This document shows, piece by piece, positions 26,945-35,031 of a stretch of 64,000 bases of DNA. The DNA comes from Phycisphaerales bacterium (GTDB lineage: Bacteria > Planctomycetota > Phycisphaerae > Phycisphaerales > UBA5793), in NCBI GenBank assembly GCA_044229655.1, contig JBGASM010000007.1, positions 106,675 through 170,674 of the forward strand, given 5' to 3'. Both the position numbers and the translations under genes were made by a program. The notes below the pieces were generated by a model. It made no database searches. It was not told the origin of the DNA and saw only the letters and a program-made list of their open reading frames with translations. Each line of letters opens with the position of its first letter. Position 1 is the stretch's first letter.

Positions 26945-28088
26945 ATGGCAGGTGAAACCGCACAACAAGCACATGGGGCGGGACTGACGCAGGAGGCGCG
27001 CGGGCGCCTGCTGGCGCGGGCACAGGCGGCGGCAGAGCGGGCGGCGAGCATTGAGGCGATGCTGGCGGATGGGCAGGTCCTGGCGGATTCAGCGCGGGTG
27101 CGGGCGTTGTCGGTGGAGCGGGCAGGATTGACGGGAGTGAGCGAGCGGTATCTGGAGTATCGGAAAATCGAGGACGAGGCCAGCGCGCTGCGAGCCACGA
27201 TCACGATGACGGGTGGGGATGAGACGGAGGCGGAATACCGCGCGCTGGCGGAGGAGGAGTTGGGGGAGCTGAAGCGGCGAAGCGACGGGCTGCTGGATGA
27301 GATGATCGCGGAGATCGTGACGGGAGAGGATCGGGCGGTGGGGGCGGCGGGATCGGTGATTCTTGAGATTCGCGCGGGCGTGGGGGGGGACGAGGCGGGG
27401 CTGTGGGTCGGGGATCTGGCGGAGATGTATCGACGATTCGCGGCGGCGAAGGGGTGGCATTGAGGAGATGGATTTCACGCCGGGAGATGCGGGGGGGGTC
27501 AGGTCGGTGCTCATGAACGTGCGGGGGCGGACGTGTGGAGCGCGCTGGAGTATGAGGGTGGGACACACACAAGGTGAGCCGCGTGCCGGCGACGGAGGCG
27601 CAGGGGGCGCGCACACATCGACGGCGACGGTAGCGGTGATGCCCGAGCCGGCGGAGATCCAGATGCGCGTGGATGCGAGCGAGGTGCAGGAGACCGTGAC
27701 GACGGCGCAGGGGCCGGGGGGTCAGAACGTGAACAAGGTGGCGACGGCGGTGCGGCTGCTGCACATTCCCACGGGGATCGAAGTGCGGATGCAGGAGAGC
27801 AAGAGCCAGCACCAGAATCGGGAGAAGGCGTGGAAGTTGCTGCGGGCGCGGCTGTATGAGAAACGGCGTGAGGAGGCGGAGCGGGAGCGGTCGGCGAAGC
27901 GGCTGGCGATGATCGGGTCGGGCGGGCGGGCGGAGAAGATCCGGACGTACCGGTACAAAGAGAATGTGGTGGTGGATCATCGCACGGGTGAGTCGTACAA
28001 CCTGAGCGAGGTTTTGGCAGGGGGCTTGGAAAGAGTCGTGGCTGGTTTGGTGCGTCAGGACCTGGCGCTGCGGATCGCAGCGCTGTAA
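26945..28088 (+). pseudogene. prfA: peptide chain release factor 1 (prfA), reading frame interrupted four times
   Basis: RF1 blocks are all present but spread over three frames between 27459 and 27612: [59 protein letters not shown] (PAT tripeptide), HTSTATVAVMPEP, GPGGQNVNKV and RTYRYKENVVVDHR. Confidence 0.85.
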
Positions 28089-28100
28089 CGGAGCGGTTGC

Positions 28101-28850
28101 GTGGGCGAGCGGTTTTCAATCCCGGGCCCGGTGCTGCTGGTGGCGGCTGTGCCGGCGGAACTGCGTGGGACAGCGCAGGCGGAGTCGTTGGAAAAGCTCG
28201 AACAGGCGGGATCGACCTGGCCGCTCGTCGAGGTGAGCGGCAATGTGTGGGCGACGGTTTCCGGAGTGGGCCGGGCGAACGCCGCGGGGGCGACGGCGGC
28301 AGCGCTGGCACGCGGAGAGTTTGCAGCGGTGATCAACGTAGGGATCGCTGGCTGCCTGCCGGGGAGCGGTCTTGCCATCGGGCAATGCGTGGTGGCGACG
28401 GAGTGTGTGTTTGTTGAGGAGGGGATGGCCACTTCGGAGGGGAGCGGATGGCGCGGGATGGAAGCGTTGGGATTTTCGCTGATGGGCGGACGGATCGGGA
28501 AGGACCAGAGGTCGCGCAATCACAATTCGGTCCCGACGAATGCTGCGCTGCGCGAGGCGATTCTGAGCAGTTGCGGCGCGGGAGCAGTGGGGGGGGCTGT
28601 TGCGACGGTGGCGTGCTGCTCGGGGACTGATGCGGCGGCCGCGGAGGTGAAGCGGAGAACGGGCGCGATTGCGGAGGCAATGGAAGGGGCAGCGGTCGTT
28701 TTGGCGGCTACGCGCATGGGTGTGCGGGTTGCGGAGGTGCGGGTGATCAGCAACACATGCGGCGAGCGCGCGAATCAGACGTGGGACCTGCCCACGGCAT
28801 TTGCGCGTCTGGAAGACGTGGTGCGCGGAATTGTCCGTGCGGCGGGCTGA
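28101..28850 (+). CDS. futalosine hydrolase-like nucleosidase (MqnB / PNP-UDP_1 family)
   Basis: LLVAAVPAEL...TVSGVGRANAAGATAAALARGEFAAVINVGIAGCLPG...EAMEGAAV fits the MTA/SAH-futalosine nucleosidase fold. GTG start. The specific substrate is inferred. Confidence 0.6.
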   Translation: MGERFSIPGPVLLVAAVPAELRGTAQAESLEKLEQAGSTWPLVEVSGNVWATVSGVGRANAAGATAAALARGEFAAVINVGIAGCLPGSGLAIGQCVVATECVFVEEGMATSEGSGWRGMEALGFSLMGGRIGKDQRSRNHNSVPTNAALREAILSSCGAGAVGGAVATVACCSGTDAAAAEVKRRTGAIAEAMEGAAVVLAATRMGVRVAEVRVISNTCGERANQTWDLPTAFARLEDVVRGIVRAAG

Positions 28851-28852
28851 AC

Positions 28853-29752
28853 CTAGGCCACAGCCTCGCCCTCGGCTTTCGTGAGTTCGCGGAAGAAATC
28901 TGAAAGGCGCCGGGTCATGGGGCCGGGCGCGGGTCCGCCTATGGGCCGACCGTCAACACTGACGACCGGGGCCAGTTCGCCCATGGTTCCGGTGCAGAAC
29001 ATCTCGTCAGCCCGGTAGATTTCCGTGAGCGAGAGATCGCATTCCTCGTGTGCGAGGGTGTGCCTCGCGCAGAGACCCAGTACGGTGGCGCGGGTAATTC
29101 CCTCGGGGCAGGCGACGCAGCGGGGCGTGCGGATGACGCCGCGCTCGACAATGAAGATGTGGGTCGCATTGGTTTCGGCCACGAAGCCGCGGGTATCGAG
29201 CATGAGGGCGTCGTCGGCGCCGGCCTGGGTGGCCTGGATCTTTGCGAGGATGGACTGAATGAGATTGCAGTGGTGAATCTTGGGGTCCATCGTGTCAGGA
29301 GAGAAACGCCTGATCGCGCTGGTGATGAGCGTGATGCCCCCCTTGTCGTATACCGGGGCTTTGTGTTCCGCGAGGATGATGAGCGTGGGGCCGGACTGAT
29401 TCAGACGCGGATCCATGCCGGAGGTGATCTTGACGCCTCGGGTCAGGGTGAGGCGGATGTGCACCGCGTCGCGCATGGAATTGGCGGCAAGGGTTCTCCT
29501 GATTTCCGCTGTGATGTGGTCGTGGGTCGGGATTTGGGCGAAGGCGAGCGCCTTGGCGGAGGAGGCCAAGCGGTCGAGATGCTCGCGGAGTTTGAAAATG
29601 CGTCCGTCGTAGAGGCGAAGCCCTTCCCAGACCGCATCGCCTCCCTGGACCGCGGAGTCGAATGGCGAGATCCCCGCCTGGTCGCGGTGAATCAACGCGC
29701 CGTTGATGTTGACGAGGAGGTCGCGATTCTTTTCGTTGAATTTCTGGAGCAT
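28853..29752 (-). CDS. class IV aminotransferase (branched-chain aminotransferase / ADC-lyase family)
   Basis: SPFDSAVQGGDAVWEGLRLYDGRIFKLREHLDRL and later ETNATHIFIV..G.I.TP....PEGITR blocks are typical of PLP fold-type IV enzymes. TAG stop. Confidence 0.85.
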   Translation of the reverse strand: MLQKFNEKNRDLLVNINGALIHRDQAGISPFDSAVQGGDAVWEGLRLYDGRIFKLREHLDRLASSAKALAFAQIPTHDHITAEIRRTLAANSMRDAVHIRLTLTRGVKITSGMDPRLNQSGPTLIILAEHKAPVYDKGGITLITSAIRRFSPDTMDPKIHHCNLIQSILAKIQATQAGADDALMLDTRGFVAETNATHIFIVERGVIRTPRCVACPEGITRATVLGLCARHTLAHEECDLSLTEIYRADEMFCTGTMGELAPVVSVDGRPIGGPAPGPMTRRLSDFFRELTKAEGEAVA

Positions 29753-29772
29753 GGTGATTCATCCTCGCATCG

Positions 29773-30525
29773 TTAAACCGTGATGCGGTGGGCATGTAGC
29801 CGGGAGTAAATTTCGCGGCAATCGTTCAACAAGGCGAGCAAGTGCGACGGGACTTGCTCTTCCTTGGGCTTGTAGGTTTCAAACCCGGTGGACTGCTCGA
29901 CTGCGGCGTACCAGTGATTGGCCCAGACGCCGTCGGTGGCGCGGCGGCCGGCAGGCCAATGGAGCATGGCGTCGGAGAAGGGAATGCCGAAGCGAGCGCA
30001 TGCAGCGGAAAGCAGCCCGCGCGGGTTGGTCAGGACATCCTTTGAATCGAGCACCACGGGCGTGGCGCCGGTGCGGCGGCTGACTTCATCAAAGAGTTCG
30101 AGTTGCTGGGGGAGGCCGGTGTCCGCCAGCGTGGGCTCGGGAGTCACCCTGATCAGGCTCGTGAGCATTTCGCGCGGATCGCGGATCAGGAACGCGCTCA
30201 CGAACTCACTGCCGAAGATCCACTGCCGGTCGATGTCGGGGAGCAAATGATGAGCCATGTGCTTCTGGTAGAAGATCGGTTTGCCCTCTGGAACGGGCCC
30301 GGTGAGGAAATCGACCACCCGGCGCCAATCGGATTCGTGGGAAAAGATGACTTCGGCCGCGCCCGGATGGGACAGGTTGGTGGCTTTCAGGTAGTGCGCG
30401 TACAGGGGCTCATCGACGACGGCAGTGTCGGGGCGGTTGCCGAAGGAGCGGAGCATGGCGGTGGAGATATTGCGCGGCCCGGACCACATGGCGATGCGGA
30501 GCGGGCGTGAGATTTTGGCCTGCAT
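29773..30525 (-). CDS. sulfotransferase-like P-loop protein
   Basis: IAMWSGPRNISTAMLRSFGNRPDTAVVDEPLYAHYL resembles the PAPS-loop region of a sulfotransferase-like family. It lies 20 nt upstream of the class IV aminotransferase on the same strand. Confidence 0.6.
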   Translation of the reverse strand: MQAKISRPLRIAMWSGPRNISTAMLRSFGNRPDTAVVDEPLYAHYLKATNLSHPGAAEVIFSHESDWRRVVDFLTGPVPEGKPIFYQKHMAHHLLPDIDRQWIFGSEFVSAFLIRDPREMLTSLIRVTPEPTLADTGLPQQLELFDEVSRRTGATPVVLDSKDVLTNPRGLLSAACARFGIPFSDAMLHWPAGRRATDGVWANHWYAAVEQSTGFETYKPKEEQVPSHLLALLNDCREIYSRLHAHRITV

Positions 30526-30567
30526 GCGCCAGAGGGTACGCCGAATGCTTCGTTCTCTGGAGATTGA

Positions 30568-30945
30568 TCAGGGAGTTCCCGCAGCGCCAGCCGCGAGGCC
30601 CAGGGCGACGGCGATGACCGTGAACACAAACGCCAGGACCCACCAGATGGCCGTCATCACCACGGCAATCAGGAATCCGTAGGCCCATTCCAGGTCTACA
30701 AGCAGTTTCATGGCAATGGCAAAGGCGAGGAGTTGTACCAGAAGATCGGCGCCGGGAAAGTCGACGCTGACCACCGCAAGCAGGAAGTTCAATCCAATGG
30801 AAACCGCGACGGCGGTGACGACGATGATGCAGGCGTCCGACCAATCTGCCTCGGTCTTGGCAACAATCTTGATCGCGAGTTTCAGGACAAACGCCTGGAT
30901 GAGGACGCCGATGGCGATTCCGACGAGTGCGGCGACGATGAACAT
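30568..30945 (-). CDS. small integral membrane protein (hypothetical)
   Basis: About 125 aa with four hydrophobic segments. Start at MFIVAAL, preceded by GGAGGAG. Confidence 0.5.
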   Translation of the reverse strand: MFIVAALVGIAIGVLIQAFVLKLAIKIVAKTEADWSDACIIVVTAVAVSIGLNFLLAVVSVDFPGADLLVQLLAFAIAMKLLVDLEWAYGFLIAVVMTAIWWVLAFVFTVIAVALGLAAGAAGTP

Positions 30946-30986
30946 GGCGGACTCCTCCGGGATTGGAAAGGAACAGCGCACCGAAA

Positions 30987-31241
30987 TCAGATCGCATACT
31001 GCTCGATCAGCCCGCAATGGCTACAGCGATAGGAAACGATACGACGGGCTTCGGCCCGGCGCAGTTTGAGGGCGCCAATCCAGTTCTTTTTCGGTTTGCC
31101 GGGATACCACGCATCGACGAAGGTCCAGTTGGATTCCCCGCGATCGGCGGTGTATCCCTCTTCCATCGGGTTGCCGCACCTAGCGCACTGGGTCGGCGGC
31201 TTGGGGGGTTGCTTTTCGAAATCGAAGTGCGGTTCGAACAT
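30987..31241 (-). CDS. small zinc-ribbon protein (hypothetical)
   Basis: 84 aa with two CxxC pairs (CARCGNP ... CSHCGLI). Confidence 0.5.
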   Translation of the reverse strand: MFEPHFDFEKQPPKPPTQCARCGNPMEEGYTADRGESNWTFVDAWYPGKPKKNWIGALKLRRAEARRIVSYRCSHCGLIEQYAI

Positions 31242-31247
31242 GGAGAA

Positions 31248-31784
31248 TCACCCTTCCGTGATGCGGGGGTTGCGCAGATTGAGCTTAGCGGCCAGATGTG
31301 CGAGGTATGTCTCGATACTCCCAGCCTGATTCATGAAGAAGTGGGAGATGAAACGGAAGAGGGGGTTGGACACCTCACCGATTTCCGTGATGGTGACTTT
31401 CGTGCCGCCGGTCATCGGGTGCAGGTCATATTCCCAACGACCTGAGAAGGGGAGTTTGGGGTCCGCGATGGTGCGCACGAGGCGGAGGGGTTTCTTGGCG
31501 AGCGTGGTTTCAAGAGTGAGGGGCTGGCCGCGCTGGTCGTATTCGCGCCAGACTTCCTTGCCCGCGCCGCTGGGGTCGCTGACACGTTCGAATTTCGTCC
31601 AGCCGGTGCGCCAGGCGGATTGGTTGGCGTAATCGGTGATGATGTCCCAGATCTGGTCCGGCCCGCAATGCTCGCACATGAGCGAGCGCGAGACGGTGTG
31701 TCCCTTGGGGAGGAGAAGGCCGATGAGAACAATCAGGCCGAGGAGCCCGAGGAGTGAGGCGAGGATGATTACGGTGATGGTCAA
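31248..31784 (-). CDS. SRPBCC (START/polyketide cyclase-like) family protein with N-terminal TM anchor
   Basis: N-terminal hydrophobic helix, then a pattern typical of SRPBCC proteins (IWDIITDYANQSAWR...W.Y.L....GT.VT.). Confidence 0.6.
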   Translation of the reverse strand: MTITVIILASLLGLLGLIVLIGLLLPKGHTVSRSLMCEHCGPDQIWDIITDYANQSAWRTGWTKFERVSDPSGAGKEVWREYDQRGQPLTLETTLAKKPLRLVRTIADPKLPFSGRWEYDLHPMTGGTKVTITEIGEVSNPLFRFISHFFMNQAGSIETYLAHLAAKLNLRNPRITEG

Positions 31785-32266
31785 GATTTGGACCTTCGGC
31801 GTTCTATAGCAGAAAACGCTTTAGCCATAGCCTCGGCTTGGTAGCACGTAAGAAAAACAATAATGCCAAGTTCTCCGGCTCGGGTGGTAAGCTCAGGCGG
31901 AAAAGCGAATTCTTGGTATGCATAGTGCTTGTGGTACACATTCACTCCGAAGTCCAAGTAGACATACGTGACTCCAGGTGTTCTCCTGAGACGCGCCAGT
32001 TCGGTGCGATGGACACGAAGGAAACGAATCGTGCCGGAAATTGCACGACCGAGGGTTCTTGCATTGGAAGCGATGGCCCTGAAAGAATTGTGTGAGTGCC
32101 TCTCCTTGTTGCGTTTTCTGGTAGGGTACCTTAGTTCGCCTTTGTGTCTCACGTGGTATGTGGGAAGGCGCGAAGTGGCGACAAAACGATCAACATCGAA
32201 GTCACGCCCAAGGACGTGTAAGACGCATCCTTGACTTGGCACAGTTTGGGAGAAGAGACGTCGCAT
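31781..32266 (-). CDS. low-GC hypothetical protein (possibly DUF4279-like)
   Basis: 161-aa ORF, visibly AT-richer than its flanks. The N-terminal pattern LHVLGRDFDVDRFVATSRLPTYHVRHKGE resembles the DUF4279 opening, recalled from memory. Its start overlaps the comM stop and its stop overlaps the SRPBCC start. Confidence 0.45.
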   Translation of the reverse strand: MRRLFSQTVPSQGCVLHVLGRDFDVDRFVATSRLPTYHVRHKGELRYPTRKRNKERHSHNSFRAIASNARTLGRAISGTIRFLRVHRTELARLRRTPGVTYVYLDFGVNVYHKHYAYQEFAFPPELTTRAGELGIIVFLTCYQAEAMAKAFSAIERRRSKS

Positions 32267-33798
32267 CAGAGCATCCTGTCCAGCAACCGATACTGAATCG
32301 CCTCGGCGACGTGGTGTGATTGAATGCGCTCCGCGCCTTCGAGGTCGGCGATGGTCCGGCTGACCCTGCGAATCTTGTCGTAGGCCCGGGCGGAAAGGCC
32401 AAGTTCCTTGACGGCCTGGGCGAGGAGCGAAGTGGAAGCATCGTCAAGCACAGCGTGGATATCCAGTTCCTTGCCCGAGAGATGGCTGTTGAGTTTGCCG
32501 GCGCCGTTGCGGGCGAACTGGGTTTTGCGTGACGAAAGCACCTGCTCGCGCAACGAGCGAGAGGCTTTACCGTCGGGCCGGGCGCGAAGTTGCTCGAAGG
32601 GGAGGGCAGGGACTTCGACATGGATATCGATGCGGTCAACGAGCGGGCCGGAGATGCGCGAGAGGTAGCGTTCCATCTCGCGCTGGGCGAAGACATCGTC
32701 GGGCATGTCGCCCTTGGGTGTGGGGTTGAGGGCTGCGACCATGATGAAGTCGGCGGGGAACTTCACGGTCGAGTGTGAGCGAGAAATGGTGACGACGCGG
32801 TCTTCCAGGGGCTGGCGGAGAGTTTCGAGCACAAAACGCGGGAACTCGGGCATCTCATCGAGGAAGAGAACGCCATGATGCGCGAGCGTGACCTCGCCGG
32901 GGCGGGGGATGCTGCCGCCGCCGATGACGGCCGCGGATGAGGCGGTGTGGTGCGGAGCGCGGACGGGGCGGAGCGTGCGGAGGCCCTCGTTGCGGCCGAC
33001 GAGTCCGACAGCGGAGTAGATGCGGGTCACTTCAAGGGCTTCATCGCGCGTGAGCGGAGGGAGAATGCCGGGGAGGGCCTTGGCGAGCATGGTTTTACCG
33101 GTGCCGGCGGGGCCGATCATCAGGATGTTGTGGGCCCCGGAGACGGCGATGAGAAGAGCGCGCTTGGCACCTTCCTGCCCCCGGATGTCGGCAAAGTCGA
33201 TGGGCGGCGTGGCGGACTCCACCAAAGCCTGGAAGTCCACCGGCGGCTCAGGCTCGAGGGCGGGAGCGGCGCCGTTGAGCATGGCGACGACGGCAGTGAG
33301 GGTGGCCGCGCCGTAGACCTCGACGCCGTCGACAGCGGCGGCCTCGCGAGCGTTGTCCTTGGGCAGGACGATGCCGCGCATGCCGCGTTTCCGGGCGTGG
33401 AGCGCGAGGGAGATTGCGCCCGAGATGGGGCGGAGTCGGCCGTCGAGGGCGAGTTCGCCGGCGAAGAGAAAGTTGCGGTGGTCGAACTCGGTCTCGCGGG
33501 TCGGGGGCTTGATGGTGCCGTTGGCCATGAGCAAGCCGAGGGCGATGGGAAGGTCGTAGTGATTGCCCTCCTTTCGGACATCGGCGGGCGCGAGGTTCAC
33601 CAGGAGGCGGGCATCGGGAAAGGAGTACCCGCAATTGGAAACGGCGCTGCCTACGCGCTCCATGGACTCCTTTACGGCGGTGTCAACAAGGCCGACGACG
33701 GTGGTCTTGGGCATGCCGCGGTCATTGATGTCGACTTCGATTTCGCAGGGGGCGTCATCGATGCCTTGCAGTAGAAAGGATTGGACGCGGGCCAGCAT
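32266..33798 (-). CDS. comM: YifB/ComM-family Mg-chelatase-like AAA+ ATPase
   Basis: N-terminal Lon-protease-like domain (ARVQSFLLQGIDDAPCEIEVDI..GMPKTTVVGL), Walker A MIGPAGTGKTMLA, GVLFLDEMPEF, and a C-terminal ARAYDKIRRVSRTIADLEG. Confidence 0.9.
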   Translation of the reverse strand: MLARVQSFLLQGIDDAPCEIEVDINDRGMPKTTVVGLVDTAVKESMERVGSAVSNCGYSFPDARLLVNLAPADVRKEGNHYDLPIALGLLMANGTIKPPTRETEFDHRNFLFAGELALDGRLRPISGAISLALHARKRGMRGIVLPKDNAREAAAVDGVEVYGAATLTAVVAMLNGAAPALEPEPPVDFQALVESATPPIDFADIRGQEGAKRALLIAVSGAHNILMIGPAGTGKTMLAKALPGILPPLTRDEALEVTRIYSAVGLVGRNEGLRTLRPVRAPHHTASSAAVIGGGSIPRPGEVTLAHHGVLFLDEMPEFPRFVLETLRQPLEDRVVTISRSHSTVKFPADFIMVAALNPTPKGDMPDDVFAQREMERYLSRISGPLVDRIDIHVEVPALPFEQLRARPDGKASRSLREQVLSSRKTQFARNGAGKLNSHLSGKELDIHAVLDDASTSLLAQAVKELGLSARAYDKIRRVSRTIADLEGAERIQSHHVAEAIQYRLLDRML

Positions 33799-33870
33799 GG
33801 GGTAATCTAACAGAGACCGAACGGAAAAGGCAAGTCGGCTGGGGAAGAAGGTTGGGAGGCGTCAACGTGG

Positions 33871-34944
33871 TCATGAAATCAGTTGATCCACGGCCCCAAT
33901 AACTTCCTGTGCGGAGATGCGGGCCATGATGCGGCCGTCTGCGAGTTGTGGATTCTTGTGATGAAGGGACTCGTTCGGCTCAACATGCTGAAGGACGATC
34001 CCCGGCGCGGCGCGTTGGGGAGGGGGCGGAACGTACGGACCGACACGGGCGACATCGGTCGGCCCGTAGAGGCCGACGTAGGGCCGGCTGAAACCGACGG
34101 CCATGTGCAGGACTGCGGAGTCGTTGGCGATGACGAGGCGCGAGTTTCGGACCACGGTCATGAGTTGGCCGACCGAGGTGGCGCCGATGAGGTTGATGAC
34201 GTGAGCGCCATCGCAAAGTCGGATGAGGTCGGCGCACTGAGACGCTTCGCCGGGCGAGCCGACGACGGCGATGCGGGTGAGGTTGCGCTGCTGCAGGAGG
34301 CCGATGAGTTCGATGAAGCGGGATTGGGGCCAGCGCTTCGAGGGCCAGCGACTGGTCGGGGCGAGGATGACATAGGGTGCGGCAGAATCCCAGCCGAGCG
34401 CGTGCGTGTGGGTTTGCCACCAGGTTTCGTGGGACTGAGCGGTATAGAGGCGCATGTCGCGCTGCGGAGTGACGCCCTCGGGTGGGAGGAGCGCGAGCAT
34501 GCGTTCGACGGTGTGCAGGGCCGGGTCGACACGTCGGCGGACATTGCAGCCGAGGAAGCCGAGTTCACGGGCGTCGGCGAAGCCGATCCGGCGCGGGGCT
34601 CCGGACATCAGCGCGAAGAATGCGCTGCGGAAGAGTCCCTGACAGTCGTACACGACGTCATACCGTTGGGCCTTGAGATCGCGCAGCCAGGCGCGCAGGG
34701 CGGTGAGGGTGTGGATGTTGCGCCACCAGTCGCTGAAGCCCTTCCGCGGAAAGGAAATGACGTTGCTCAGCGCGGGGTGGCAGGCCACTGCGTCTGCGAA
34801 AGAGTCCTGCACCATCCAGTCGATCTGAGCATTGGGGAAGGCGGCGCGAAGGCTGGCGAGAACCGGAACGGTGCGACAGACGTCGCCCAACGCGCTGGGA
34901 CGGATCACGAGGATGCGCGGATTGGCCGATTCGGTGCAACGCAT
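33871..34944 (-). CDS. glycosyltransferase family 9 (LPS heptosyltransferase-like)
   Basis: ILVIRPSALGDVCRTVPVLASLRAAFPNAQIDWMV and the C-terminal LIGATSVGQL..V...S.LVIANDSAVLHMA are GT9 hallmarks. Confidence 0.8.
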   Translation of the reverse strand: MRCTESANPRILVIRPSALGDVCRTVPVLASLRAAFPNAQIDWMVQDSFADAVACHPALSNVISFPRKGFSDWWRNIHTLTALRAWLRDLKAQRYDVVYDCQGLFRSAFFALMSGAPRRIGFADARELGFLGCNVRRRVDPALHTVERMLALLPPEGVTPQRDMRLYTAQSHETWWQTHTHALGWDSAAPYVILAPTSRWPSKRWPQSRFIELIGLLQQRNLTRIAVVGSPGEASQCADLIRLCDGAHVINLIGATSVGQLMTVVRNSRLVIANDSAVLHMAVGFSRPYVGLYGPTDVARVGPYVPPPPQRAAPGIVLQHVEPNESLHHKNPQLADGRIMARISAQEVIGAVDQLIS

Positions 34945-35031
34945 TCGAGCGGCAAATGTATTTTGTTTATCCCCATGTGGCGAGGATTCCGTTGAGAGTT
35001 CCGCCGCAATTTCACCTGAAGGAGAAGTGGC

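Noticed and set aside
27363-28088. Treating the 241-aa ORF as an independent GGQ-only (ArfB-like) rescue factor gene
   Set aside because: Its N-terminal part (RGRTCGARWSMRVGHTQGEPRAGDGGAGGA) is nonsense. The other two frames across the same nucleotides encode the missing RF1 blocks (DVWSALEYEGGTH, VSRVPATEAQG). It is therefore the 3' part of a frame-disrupted prfA, not a separate gene.
26945-28088. Idea that broken prfA signals UAG stop-codon reassignment or loss
   Set aside because: TAG terminates at least eight well-supported genes in this window, including the ankyrin protein, LptF-like permease, ferredoxin, GspF, PilO-like protein and class IV aminotransferase. None of them shows conserved sequence continuing past the TAG.
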